Of a stretch of DNA of 64,000 nt, positions 18,467-29,682 are shown one piece after another. The position numbers were made by a program, and so were the translations under genes. The notes under the pieces were generated by a model that was given only the letters and a program-made list of their open reading frames with translations, was not told the origin of the DNA and searched no databases. Every line of letters begins with the position of its first letter. Within the stretch, counting starts at the first letter, position 1. The DNA is from an uncultured Actinomycetes bacterium (lineage in GTDB: Bacteria; Actinomycetota; UBA4738; JBBDTT01), in NCBI GenBank assembly GCA_963742735.1, contig CAVUMN010000002.1:73255-137254 (forward strand), given 5' to 3'.

Positions 18467-20038
18467 ATGCGTCGTCGGTCGGTCGCTCTACTCAGCATCC
18501 TGACGCTTGCCGCGGGACTCCTCGGGATCACCGGGGCCCACGCTGGCGGCCCCATCACCCTGGCGGTGGACGACGACGGCATGGCCGTCCCGGGGAACTG
18601 CGACTCGGCGACGGCGACGTTCACCACGATCCAGGCGGCGGTGGACGCCGCCCTGGCGGGGGACACGATCCAGGTGTGCCCGGGGACCTACGAGGAACAG
18701 GTGTACGTGGACAAGACCCTGGAGCTCCTGGGGGCCCAGGCCGGGATCGACGGCCGCACCCGGCCCGGAACGCCGGCCGTGGAGTCCGTCCTGGACTCGG
18801 ACGCGGTCGACCAGACGGGCATCTACGTCGACGCCCCGAACGTGGTCATCAACGGGTTCCTCATCCAGGGCTATGACGCCGGCATCAGCACCAACATCAT
18901 CATCGACCCGGTCCCGGCCTCCGGGCTCCGGGTCCTGAACAACATCCTCTTCCAGAACGGGACCGGTCTCCAGATCGAGTCGGACAACAGCCTCGTCCGC
19001 CGAAACCTCTTCGAAGACAACGTCCTCGGCATCCACATGCTCACCGGGACGAAGGCCACGTTCACGACCAACGAGTTCCTTGGCAACCACGCCGTCGGCA
19101 TCCTGCTCGAGGGCTGCTTCGAGTACTGCGACTCGGGCATCAACGGTTTCGGCCCCCCGACGGACGTGACCATCTCGACGAACGAGATCGTGGGCCCGGA
19201 GATCACGGAGACCGGTGGCGGGGGCGGTGGGGGCCCGACGGTTGGGATCGAGGCCCACAACACGACCGGCGTGCGGATCACCGGGAACAACATCTCGGTG
19301 GTGGATTTCGGAATCTGGCTCGCTGAGGGCAACGACGCGGTGACCGTCGAGACGAACACCGTGGACGACACGGGGATCGCCCTCCTGCTGGGCTTCCTCC
19401 GGAGGGAGGTCAACACGGAGGGGATTGGCGGCGGTCCGAACTCGAACGTCACGGTCAAGTCCAACCGCTTCACCAACAGCGAAACGGGCATCGAGATCGA
19501 CGACTTCTCGCTCTCCGGGAACTTCGTCGTCTCCCGCAACACCATCACGGGGAACGATGACTGGGGGATCGTGAACTTCTCCAGTGCCCAGGTGAACGCG
19601 GCGGAGAACTGGTGGGGCGCCGCCTCGGGGCCGTCGGACTGGTCCACCGGGACCGGTGACTCGGTTTCGCCCAACGTCCGGTTCTTCCCGTGGTCCACGA
19701 ACGCCACGTTCACCACGTTCGCCAAGTGCAAGAACAAGTACACGGCCGGCAACGACACCGTCAACGGGACCACCGGCAACGACATCCTGTGCGGCGGCGG
19801 CGGTCAGGACACCATCGACGGCAAGGCGGGGAACGACCTCATCCTGGGCGACGCCGGCAGCGACATCCTGATGGGTGCGCTGGGCGCCGACGCCATCCTG
19901 GCCGGCCAGGGCGACGACACCCTGAGGGGCAACGCCGGGTTCGACTCCCTGCAGGGCCAGGCCAACTACGACTTCTGCGATGTCGGGGTCGACTCAGGAC
20001 AGATCGCCACCTGCGAGGAAGTGCCCATAGGACCCTGA
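18467..20038 (+). CDS. secreted parallel beta-helix / RTX-repeat protein, paralog B
   Basis: ATG at 18467 with AGGAGGA upstream, in frame with ORF 18407..20038. MRRRSVALLSILTLAAGLLGITGAHAGG. Same architecture as A. Confidence 0.85.
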   Translation: MRRRSVALLSILTLAAGLLGITGAHAGGPITLAVDDDGMAVPGNCDSATATFTTIQAAVDAALAGDTIQVCPGTYEEQVYVDKTLELLGAQAGIDGRTRPGTPAVESVLDSDAVDQTGIYVDAPNVVINGFLIQGYDAGISTNIIIDPVPASGLRVLNNILFQNGTGLQIESDNSLVRRNLFEDNVLGIHMLTGTKATFTTNEFLGNHAVGILLEGCFEYCDSGINGFGPPTDVTISTNEIVGPEITETGGGGGGGPTVGIEAHNTTGVRITGNNISVVDFGIWLAEGNDAVTVETNTVDDTGIALLLGFLRREVNTEGIGGGPNSNVTVKSNRFTNSETGIEIDDFSLSGNFVVSRNTITGNDDWGIVNFSSAQVNAAENWWGAASGPSDWSTGTGDSVSPNVRFFPWSTNATFTTFAKCKNKYTAGNDTVNGTTGNDILCGGGGQDTIDGKAGNDLILGDAGSDILMGALGADAILAGQGDDTLRGNAGFDSLQGQANYDFCDVGVDSGQIATCEEVPIGP

Positions 20039-20143
20039 CGAGCGCGACGGAACCCTTGACCTGATCCGGGAGGCGTGCTTGGCTTCGACTGATTTGTCCA
20101 CTTGAACCGGGCGGCGGTTGGCGGCCCCGAAGGAGGAACCACG

Positions 20144-21691
20144 ATGCGTGGCAGGTCCATCGCTCTGTTCAGCATCCTGACGCTCGTGGCGGGCCTTCTG
20201 GGCCTCACCGCGGCGTACGCCGGCGGCTCCCCGACCACCCGCGTGGTGGACGACGACGGCATGGCGGTCCTGGGGAACTGCGACTCGGCGACGGCGACCT
20301 TCTCCACGATCCAGGCGGCGGTGGACGCGGCGAACACCGCTGACACCATCAAGGTGTGTCCGGGGCTGTACGAGGAAGCGGTGGACGTGGGCAAGACCCT
20401 GGAGATCCTGGGTGCCCAGTCCGGGATCGACGGCCGCACCCGTCCCGGGACGCTCGCCGGGGAATCCGTGGTGAGCCCGCTCAATGAGCCCGGTGCGGGC
20501 TTCTACGTCAACGCCCCGAGCGTGGTCATCAACGGGTTCACCCTCCAGCTGTGGGAAGGGTCGGCCATCGACAGCACGCAGAGCCCTCCGTTCGTGGCCG
20601 CCGGTCTCCGGGTCCTGAACAACATCTTCAGGCAGAACGGAACCGGTCTCCTGATCGGCTCGGACAACAGCCTGGCCCGGCGGAACCTGTTCGAGGACAA
20701 CTTCTTCGGGATCCACATGGTCACCGGGACGAAGGCCACGTTCACGACCAATGAGTTCCTCGGCAACGAGATCGGCATCCTGCTCCAGGGGCAGATCCTT
20801 TGTCAGGGGTACTGCACCGGGGGTGCCCAGGGCTTCCCGACGGACGTCACTATCTCGACCAACGAGATCGTGGGGCCCGAGCAGGCGCCTGCCGGCTCAG
20901 GAGAGCCCACGGGGATCGAGGCCAACAACACGACCGGCCTGCGGATCATCGGCAACACCATCTCCGAGGTCGGTGCGGGCATCTGGTTGGTCGGGGGCAA
21001 CGACGCCACGACCATCGAGACGAACACCGTGACCGACACGGGACGCGCGGTCCTGCTCGGCCTCGGCATCTTCGAGAACGCGATTACCTACATCAACGCC
21101 AACCCGAACTCGAACGTGACCGTCAAGTCGAACGGCCTCACGAACGGCGGAATCGGCGTCCTGCTGGAGGAGTTCTCCCTGGAGGGATCGATGGTCGTCT
21201 CCCGCAACACGATCTCGGGCAACGAGTTCGGGATGTCCAATTTCTCGAGCACCCAGGTGAACGCGGCCGAGAACTGGTGGGGCCACGCCTCCGGCCCGTC
21301 GGAGTGGTCGAACGGGACGGGTGACGGCGTGGGAGTCGAGATCCGGTTCTTCCCGTGGGCGACCAACGCCACGTTCACCGCGTTCGCCAAGTGCAAGAAC
21401 ACGCCGACGGCCGCGAACCAGACCATCAACGGGACCACCGGCAACGACATCCTGTGCGGCGGCGGCGGTCAGGACACCATCGACGGCAAGGCCGGAAACG
21501 ACCTCATCCTGGGCGACGCCGGCAGCGACATCCTGATGGGCGCGCTCGGCGACGACGCCATCCTGGGTGGCCAGGGCGACGACACCCTGAACGGCAACGC
21601 CGGGTTCGACCACCTGCAGGGCCAGGCCAACACCGACACCTGCATCGTCGGGGTGGACGGAGGACTGACCGCCACCTGCGAGGGACCGTAA
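20144..21691 (+). CDS. secreted parallel beta-helix / RTX-repeat protein, paralog C
   Basis: ATG at 20144 with AGGAGGA upstream, in frame with ORF 20102..21691. MRGRSIALFSILTLVAGLLGLTAAYAGG. Same architecture. Confidence 0.85.
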   Translation: MRGRSIALFSILTLVAGLLGLTAAYAGGSPTTRVVDDDGMAVLGNCDSATATFSTIQAAVDAANTADTIKVCPGLYEEAVDVGKTLEILGAQSGIDGRTRPGTLAGESVVSPLNEPGAGFYVNAPSVVINGFTLQLWEGSAIDSTQSPPFVAAGLRVLNNIFRQNGTGLLIGSDNSLARRNLFEDNFFGIHMVTGTKATFTTNEFLGNEIGILLQGQILCQGYCTGGAQGFPTDVTISTNEIVGPEQAPAGSGEPTGIEANNTTGLRIIGNTISEVGAGIWLVGGNDATTIETNTVTDTGRAVLLGLGIFENAITYINANPNSNVTVKSNGLTNGGIGVLLEEFSLEGSMVVSRNTISGNEFGMSNFSSTQVNAAENWWGHASGPSEWSNGTGDGVGVEIRFFPWATNATFTAFAKCKNTPTAANQTINGTTGNDILCGGGGQDTIDGKAGNDLILGDAGSDILMGALGDDAILGGQGDDTLNGNAGFDHLQGQANTDTCIVGVDGGLTATCEGP

Positions 21692-21759
21692 GCGAAGAGG
21701 GCTCCATTCCATCGGCACGTGAACGGGCGGCGGTGGCCGGCCCAGAGGGAGGACGAACG

Positions 21760-23298
21760 ATGCGAGGACGCGCGGCTCTGCTCTGCATCCTGACCCTGGC
21801 CGGAAGCCTCTACGGGATCATCGGGGCCCAGGCCGGTCCCGGGGCGATCACCATCATGGTCGACGACGACGGTATGGCCGCGGTCGGCAACTGCGGCTCG
21901 GCCACGGTCACCCACGACACGATCCAGGAGGCGGTGGACGCCGCGATCTCCGGGGACACCATCAGGGTGTGTCCGGGGACCTACCCGGACCCGGTCCTCG
22001 TGGACAGGACCCTGGAGATCCAGGGCGCCCAGGCCGGGGTCGACGCACGCACCCGGCCCGGAACGCTCTCCGCGGAATCCGTCCTCGACGGGGTGGACGG
22101 CGAATTCGACGGGATCGCCGTCGCCGCCCCGAACGTGGTCATCTCCGGGTTCACGTTCCTCAACTGGGACCGGGCGGTGGGGACGGCGGCGAGCGCGTCG
22201 CCCGCGCTCCGGGTCCTGGACTCCATCTTCACGAACAACTTCACGGGCGTCCACATCGACTCGGACAACAGCCTGGTCCGTCGGAGCCGCTTCCAGGACG
22301 GCACCCTCGGCATCCGGATGGTCGGAGGGACGAAGGCGCTGTTCACGCTGAACGAGTTCGAGGGCAACATCGTCGGCATCCTGATCGAGGGGGGCTTCTG
22401 CGACCTCTGCGCCCAGGGAACGCCCGTGGTGAGTCTGCCTGCGGACATCCGGATTCATCGCAACGACATCCAGGGGGGCGCGGTGATTCCGACCGGACCG
22501 TTGTCTACGACGGGGATCGAGTCCGAGGCCGCGACCGGCCTGACGATCACGGAGAACACCATCTCCGGGCTCGGCCGCGGAATCTGGCTCATCGAGGGCA
22601 ACGACACGGTGACCATCGAGCTGAACGACGTGGACGACTCGACGGTCGCCCTCCTCCTGGGCTTCGGCCCGAAGGAGGTCGAAACCACGGGGATCTGCTG
22701 CTTCGGCCCGAACTCGAACATCTCGGTGAGGTCGAACCGGTTCACCAACGGGGAAACGGGCGTCCAGGTGGAGGAGGAGTCCTTCACGGGGAACTTCGTC
22801 CTCTCCCGCAACACCATCTCCGGGAACCTGGACTGGGGGATCGTGAACTTCTCGGGTGTCCAGGTGAACGCGGCGGAGAACTGGTGGGGCCACGCCTCGG
22901 GGCCCGACGACTGGTCGAACGGAACCGGTGACGACGTGTCGCCCGACGTTCGGTTCTTCCCGTGGTCCACGAACGCCACCTTCACGGCCTTCGCCAAGTG
23001 CAAGAACACGCCTACGGCCGCGAACCAGACCATCAACGGGACCACCGGCAACGACATCCTGTGCGGCGGCGGCGGTCAGGACACCATCAACGGCAAGGCC
23101 GGCAACGACCTCATCCTGGGCGACGCCGGGAGCGACATCCTGACGGGCGCGCTGGGCGACGACGCCATCCTGGGCGGCCAGGGCGACGACACCCTGAACG
23201 GCAACGCCGGGTTCGACTCCCTGCAGGGCCAGGCCAACAACGACTTCTGCGACCTCGGGGTGGACTCGGGACAGTCGGCCACCTGCGAAGGATCTTGA
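21760..23298 (+). CDS. secreted parallel beta-helix / RTX-repeat protein, paralog D
   Basis: ATG at 21760 with GGGAGGA upstream, in frame with ORF 21355..23298. MRGRAALLCILTLAGSLYGIIGAQAG. Same architecture. Confidence 0.85.
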   Translation: MRGRAALLCILTLAGSLYGIIGAQAGPGAITIMVDDDGMAAVGNCGSATVTHDTIQEAVDAAISGDTIRVCPGTYPDPVLVDRTLEIQGAQAGVDARTRPGTLSAESVLDGVDGEFDGIAVAAPNVVISGFTFLNWDRAVGTAASASPALRVLDSIFTNNFTGVHIDSDNSLVRRSRFQDGTLGIRMVGGTKALFTLNEFEGNIVGILIEGGFCDLCAQGTPVVSLPADIRIHRNDIQGGAVIPTGPLSTTGIESEAATGLTITENTISGLGRGIWLIEGNDTVTIELNDVDDSTVALLLGFGPKEVETTGICCFGPNSNISVRSNRFTNGETGVQVEEESFTGNFVLSRNTISGNLDWGIVNFSGVQVNAAENWWGHASGPDDWSNGTGDDVSPDVRFFPWSTNATFTAFAKCKNTPTAANQTINGTTGNDILCGGGGQDTINGKAGNDLILGDAGSDILTGALGDDAILGGQGDDTLNGNAGFDSLQGQANNDFCDLGVDSGQSATCEGS

Positions 23299-23311
23299 TC
23301 AGTTCGCCGGC

Positions 23312-23578
23312 CTAGGAGGCCTGCGAGGTCTGGCGGTTCAGCGCCTTGGCGGCGCGGGACTTGCGGTTGGCGGCGCGGCGCTTGTGGATGACGCCCTTCG
23401 ACGCGGCCTTGTCCAGGGACCGGGTGAGGTCGCGGAGACGCTCCTGACCGGTCGCGGCGTCCTCGGCCTCGCCGACGCGGCGGGCCTTGGTCTTGAGCGC
23501 GCTGCGCACGCCCTTGTTGCGTTCCCGCGCGCGCTCGTTCTGCCGGTTGCGCTTGATCTGTGACTTGATGTTCGCCAT
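23312..23578 (-). CDS. rpsT: 30S ribosomal protein S20
   Basis: 88-aa ORF: [30 protein letters not shown]. Confidence 0.95.
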   Translation of the reverse strand: MANIKSQIKRNRQNERARERNKGVRSALKTKARRVGEAEDAATGQERLRDLTRSLDKAASKGVIHKRRAANRKSRAAKALNRQTSQAS

Positions 23579-23632
23579 GAGCCGCGGAGTTTAGCAGGCG
23601 AAGGATCGCGCGCCCGCTACGCTTGGGCCGTC

Positions 23633-25440
<1,808 letters not shown>

Positions 25441-25444
<4 letters not shown>

Positions 25445-26541
25445 ACGCCGGCCTGTACGTCCACGTCCCGTTCTGCCTGACCCGCTGCGGGTACTGTGAC
25501 TTCAATGCGTATGCCGGACTGGATCACCTGGCGGGCCGCTACACGCGGGCGTTGCGAGCCGAAGCCGACCTGTGGTCGGACGAGTGGCGAGGGACCGGAA
25601 TCGCCAGCACCTTTGTAGGGGGTGGAACGCCCACCACGCTGGCGGCGCGCGAGTTGGTCAAGCTGCTTGACCATTTCCGTGGAGCGTTCCACATCGCTGG
25701 CGGTGGTGAAGTCACCGTGGAGGCGAACCCGGACACCGTGGATGCGGACTACTTCTCTGCGTTGCTTGCCGGCGACGTCAACCGGATCTCGATGGGGGCG
25801 CAGTCGTTCGACCCGGCGGTCCTGGCGTCGCTGGAGCGCGTGCACGGGCCGGAGTCGGTTCGCGCGGCGGTCGCGGCGGCCCGCGCGGCCGGGGTCGAGA
25901 ACCTCTCGCTCGACCTGATCTACGGGGCCGAGGGCGAGACCGACGCGTCGTGGCGGCGGACGCTGGAGGAGACGATCGCGCTCGAGCCCGAGCACGTGAG
26001 CGCCTACGCGCTGACCGTCGAGCCGAACACGGCCCTGGGCCGGCAGGTCGGGCTCGGGCTCCGGCCCGCCCCGGACCCGGACGTCCAGGCCGATCGGTAC
26101 GAGGTGGCGTGCGAGCTGCTCTCGGCCGCGGGCTACGAGCACTACGAGGTCTCGAACTGGGCGACGCCCGGCCGGCGGTGCGTGCACAACGAGGGGTACT
26201 GGGAGGGCCGTCCGTACCTGGGCCTCGGCGCCGGCGCCCACTCCTACCGCAATGGCGTCCGCTGGTGGAACGTTCGTCCTCCCACCGACTACCTGCTCCG
26301 GGTCGAGGTGGGAGAGCGCCCGGTGGGGGCCCGGGAGCGACTCACCGACGACGAGCGCCGGACCGAACGGTTGTTGCTCGGCCTGCGCATGCGCGAGGGC
26401 GTCCCCGCCGAGTGGGTGGACGCCGCCCGCGCCGACGACTACGTCGCCGAGGGGCTGGCGGAGCGCCGCAACGGACACCTCGCCTTGACCGAGCGCGGCT
26501 GGTTCGTCGCCAACGACCTGGTGCTCGAGCTGGGCCGTTAG
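25441..26541 (+). CDS. hemW: radical SAM heme chaperone HemW (HemN-like, oxygen-independent coproporphyrinogen oxidase family)
   Basis: GTG at 25441 overlaps the lepA stop. [17 protein letters not shown] contains the CxxxCxxC cluster motif. In frame with ORF 24514..26541. Confidence 0.9.
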
Positions 26542-26564
26542 CACTCGACCGGCGAGAGTGCCAA
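26538..26564 (+). promoter_or_regulatory. CIRCE operator (HrcA binding site)
   Basis: TTAGCACTC-gaccggcga-GAGTGCCAA versus the consensus TTAGCACTC-N9-GAGTGCTAA. It overlaps the hemW stop codon and sits directly upstream of TACAAT (26566-26571) and the hrcA GTG (26578). Confidence 0.85.
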
Positions 26565-26577
26565 CTACAATGGGTGC

Positions 26578-27621
26578 GTGAGTCCCTCCGAGGAGCTCGG
26601 GCAGCGCAAGGGGACCGTGCTCCGCGCGGTCGTGACCGAGCACATCCGCACGGGCGAGCCGGTGGGCTCGGGGGCGGTCGTCACCCGGTATCGCCTGCGG
26701 GTGAGCCCGGCGACCATCCGCAACGACATGGCCGCGCTCGAAGACTTCGGCTACCTGGCGCAGCCACACACCTCCGCGGGCCGGATCCCCACCGACAGCG
26801 GCTACCGGTACTACGTGGACACCTCGCCGCGCGCGGCGATGTTGCGCGAGGCCCACAAGCAGGCCATCGCCCGGTTCTTCGGCGACGCCCAGCCCGACCT
26901 GGACGAGGTCGTGCGCGGCACCACCCAGCTCCTCTCGGAGCTGACCCGTCACGCCTCGCTCGCCCTGGCCCCCAGCCTGACCGACAGCGCGATCGTCCGC
27001 CTGGACCTCATGCGGATCGGGTCGGCGCTCGTCCTGCTGGTCATCGTCGACACCGGCCGAGTGGAGAAGCGCGTGCTGGCCGGAGGCTCGGAGCTTTCCG
27101 CGCCGGCGGCGGAGCGCCTGGGCGCCCGGGCCGAGCATGCGGCGGCCGGGCGAACCCTTGCCGAGGCCGCTACCGCGTTGGCCGGCGTGGCCCGCGAGGC
27201 GACCGGCGACGACGCCGAGGTGCTGGGGGACGTGGCCGCGGCCGTCGGTGAGATGGCCGGCGAGGCGCCGTCCGGCGACGTCATCCTGGGCGGCGTGGGC
27301 AACCTGGCCGCCGAGGAGGGCTTCGAGCGCCGCGAGTCGGTGCGCCAGCTCTTCGAAGCCCTGGAGCGCCACGCCGAGGTCACCGACCTGATGCGCACCG
27401 CGAGCGACGCCCCCGACGTCACCGTCTCGATCGGCGGCGAGAACCCGCTGCCGACCATGCACAACGCGAGCCTGGTGATCGCGTCGTACCGCGTGGACGA
27501 TCGTCCCCTGGGCTCGATCGGGGTGGTCGGGCCCACGCGCATGGACTACCTGGAGGCGATCACCGCCGTGCGCGCCGTGGCCCGGCGCCTGTCCGAGGCC
27601 ATCGGCCCCCTCACGAGTTGA
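26578..27621 (+). CDS. hrcA: heat-inducible transcription repressor HrcA
   Basis: 347-aa ORF: RKGTVLRAVVTEHIRTGEPVGSGAVV...ATIRNDMAALEDFGYLAQPHTSAGRIPT. Confidence 0.95.
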   Translation: MSPSEELGQRKGTVLRAVVTEHIRTGEPVGSGAVVTRYRLRVSPATIRNDMAALEDFGYLAQPHTSAGRIPTDSGYRYYVDTSPRAAMLREAHKQAIARFFGDAQPDLDEVVRGTTQLLSELTRHASLALAPSLTDSAIVRLDLMRIGSALVLLVIVDTGRVEKRVLAGGSELSAPAAERLGARAEHAAAGRTLAEAATALAGVAREATGDDAEVLGDVAAAVGEMAGEAPSGDVILGGVGNLAAEEGFERRESVRQLFEALERHAEVTDLMRTASDAPDVTVSIGGENPLPTMHNASLVIASYRVDDRPLGSIGVVGPTRMDYLEAITAVRAVARRLSEAIGPLTS

Positions 27622-28718
27622 GCACGCAGCTCCCCGACCTGTACGGCGTCCTCGGGGTCCCCCACGACGCCACGGCCGAGGACATCAAGCGCGCCTACCG
27701 CCGCCTGGCCCGCGAGCACCACCCGGACGTCAGTGCCAACCCTGAGGCCGAGCAGCGGTTCAAGGAGATCTCGGCCGCGTACGAGACGCTGTCCGACCCC
27801 GCGAAGCGCCGGCAGTACGACCTGTTCGGGTCGGGCCAGCTCGGCTCCGACGCGTTCCCGTTCGGCGGCCTGGGCGACCTGTTCGAGGCGTTCTTCGGCG
27901 GGGGGTTCCCCGGGCGGTCCCAGAGCCCGCGGACGCGGGTCCGCCGCGGCGAGGACCTGTACGCGCGCGTCGCCCTGTCGTTCGAGGAGGCTGCGTTCGG
28001 GGTGGAGCGCGAGCTCTCGCTGGAGAGCCTGGAGACGTGCGCGACCTGTCAGGGCTCGGGCTGCTCTCCGGGGACGTTCCCGTCCCGGTGCACGAGCTGC
28101 GGCGGGACCGGCCAGGTGCAGGACGTCGCGCGGAGCGTCTTCGGCACCGTCGTGACCGCGCACGCGTGCGGGACGTGCGACGGCAGCGGGCAGGAGATCG
28201 GCTCGCCGTGCGCGCAGTGCCGCGGCGAGGGGCGGGTGCGATCGCAGCAGCGGATGACGGTCCAGGTCCCGCCCGGCGTGGCCAGCGGGACCGAGCTACG
28301 GGTGGCCGACGCCGGTGCGGCCGGACGCTCGGGCGGCCCCGCGGGCGACCTGTACGTCGGCGTTGAGGTCGCCGCCCACCCGGTGTTCGAACGCCGTGGG
28401 GCCGACCTCGTCTGCGCGCTTCGCCTCCCGGTGACGCAGGCGCTCCTTGGGACCGACCTGGAGATCGACACGCTGGAGGGACCGGAGACCCTGCGAGTGG
28501 AGCCCGGAACCGAGTCCGGTGCCGTGATCCGGCTGCGGGGCCGGGGCATCCCGCACCTCGGGCGCCGGGGCCGGGGCGACCTGCTCATCCAGGTGGCCGT
28601 GGAGATGCCGGAGAAGCTCTCACGCAAGGAGCGGGAGCTGGTCGAGCGGCTGGCCGAGCTCCGCGGCGAGGATCGCGGGAAACCGGCGAAGGGCCGGCTC
28701 GGCCGGCTCGAGCGCTGA
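27618..28718 (+). CDS. dnaJ: molecular chaperone DnaJ
   Basis: J domain (YGVLGV...AYRRLAREHHPD), G/F region, and four CxxCxGxG zinc-finger motifs. TTG start overlaps the hrcA stop. Confidence 0.95.
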   Translation: MSTQLPDLYGVLGVPHDATAEDIKRAYRRLAREHHPDVSANPEAEQRFKEISAAYETLSDPAKRRQYDLFGSGQLGSDAFPFGGLGDLFEAFFGGGFPGRSQSPRTRVRRGEDLYARVALSFEEAAFGVERELSLESLETCATCQGSGCSPGTFPSRCTSCGGTGQVQDVARSVFGTVVTAHACGTCDGSGQEIGSPCAQCRGEGRVRSQQRMTVQVPPGVASGTELRVADAGAAGRSGGPAGDLYVGVEVAAHPVFERRGADLVCALRLPVTQALLGTDLEIDTLEGPETLRVEPGTESGAVIRLRGRGIPHLGRRGRGDLLIQVAVEMPEKLSRKERELVERLAELRGEDRGKPAKGRLGRLER

Positions 28719-28724
28719 GGCCCG

Positions 28725-29435
28725 ATGCCCAAGGGCCTGCCGTACTTCTACGTCGACGAGCCGGGCGAGCGCGTTCGTCCGTCCGAGGACGACGCCGCCC
28801 ACGCGGTGCGCTCCTTGCGGCTCCGGCCGGGCGACGAGATCACCGTCGCCGACGGCCGCGGATGGGTCGGGCGCGGGACGCTCACTCCCGACGGCGACGT
28901 CCAGATCGTGGAGTCGCGCACCCTCGGGCCGCCGACGCCGCGGGTGCGCGTGGCGATGGCCCCGCCGGCGAGCGACCGGGCGTGGTGGGCGGTCCAGAAG
29001 CTGACCGAGCTCGGAGTCGACGAGATCGCGCTCGTGGAGTCGACGCGATCGACCCGCGCGCTCGGTCGTGACGGGCACGCGCTTCGGCGAGCCGTCGCCG
29101 TCGCCCGCGAGGCCTCGAAGCAATCGCGCCGGACGTTTCTTCCGGAGGTCACCGTCAGCGGTGCTCGCGGCCTGTTTGTCGGCGCGCCCGATCAGGAAAC
29201 CTCGGTGGTCCTGTTCGAGGACGCGACCGAGCCCTTGAGCTCGGTTCTGCCCGAACGTCTGGAAAGGATCTCGGCCTACATCGGCCCCGAGGGCGGGCTG
29301 GCGCCGGAGGACCTGGACGCGGCCCGGGAGCGGGGTGCCGTCCTGGCCTCGCTCGGCGAGCCCAACCTGCGCACCGAGACGGCGGCGATCGCCGCCGCGG
29401 CCATCGTGCTGTCCCGGTACGGCCGGCTCGGGTAG
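28725..29435 (+). CDS. rsmE: 16S rRNA (uracil1498-N3)-methyltransferase RsmE
   Basis: 236-aa ORF: AAHAVRSLRLRPGDEITVADGRG...YIGPEGGLAPEDL...LGEPNLRTETAAIAA. Conserved position after dnaJ. Confidence 0.85.
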   Translation: MPKGLPYFYVDEPGERVRPSEDDAAHAVRSLRLRPGDEITVADGRGWVGRGTLTPDGDVQIVESRTLGPPTPRVRVAMAPPASDRAWWAVQKLTELGVDEIALVESTRSTRALGRDGHALRRAVAVAREASKQSRRTFLPEVTVSGARGLFVGAPDQETSVVLFEDATEPLSSVLPERLERISAYIGPEGGLAPEDLDAARERGAVLASLGEPNLRTETAAIAAAAIVLSRYGRLG

Positions 29436-29451
29436 GGGTAGGCTCGACGCC

Positions 29452-29682
29452 ATGAGGAAGCTGGAGTCGAGGCTCTGGTTGGCGGTCGTCCTGATCCTGC
29501 TCGCGGCGGCCGCCCTCGTGTTGATCCCGTTCAACCTGCGGTGGGCCGGCGTGTACGTGCCGGTCGCGATCCTGTCGGCGGCGGTCGCGGCGTTCCTGGC
29601 GGTCTCCGTCGTCCGGGGGCGTCGCGCGTCGGGATCGTTCGGAGATGTGGGGCGTCGCGTGGACGAGGTCGAGACGCAGTGA
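29452..29682 (+). CDS. small two-TM membrane protein, hypothetical
   Basis: ATG at 29452, in frame with ORF 29335..29682. MRKLESRLWLAVVLILLAAAALVLIPFNLRWAGVYVPVAILSAAVAAFLAVSVV. Its stop overlaps the HIT gene start (TGATG). Confidence 0.5.
   Translation: MRKLESRLWLAVVLILLAAAALVLIPFNLRWAGVYVPVAILSAAVAAFLAVSVVRGRRASGSFGDVGRRVDEVETQ

Larger units (their letters stand above)
16859..23298 (+). repeat. direct tandem array of four ~1.6-kb gene units with conserved 5' (~320 bp) and 3' (~440 bp) modules and divergent cores
   Basis: The 3' modules start at about 17964, 19589, 21254 and 22861. By direct reading, 18096-18201 (A) is identical to 21387-21492 (C), 106 bp, and a 70-bp identical tract is shared by A and B. 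The RBS/leader GAACGGGCG(N)CGG...AGGAGGA is conserved before B, C and D. Confidence 0.9.

Noticed and set aside
16802-23282. Possible CRISPR-like or diversity-generating-retroelement (DGR) explanation for the periodic repeats in the beta-helix gene array.
   Set aside because: The repeat period is about 1.6 kb and the repeats are the coding termini of paralogous genes, not 25-40-bp repeats with spacers. There is no reverse transcriptase or template repeat nearby. Differences between copies are not restricted to adenine positions.
23309-23321. GGCCT-AGG-AGGCC hairpin between paralog D and rpsT as a bidirectional terminator. A similar one, GAACCG-ccggc-CGGTTC, lies at 47831-47847.
   Set aside because: The stems are only 5-6 bp with no T/U tract, and they overlap stop codons. 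This is too weak to call.
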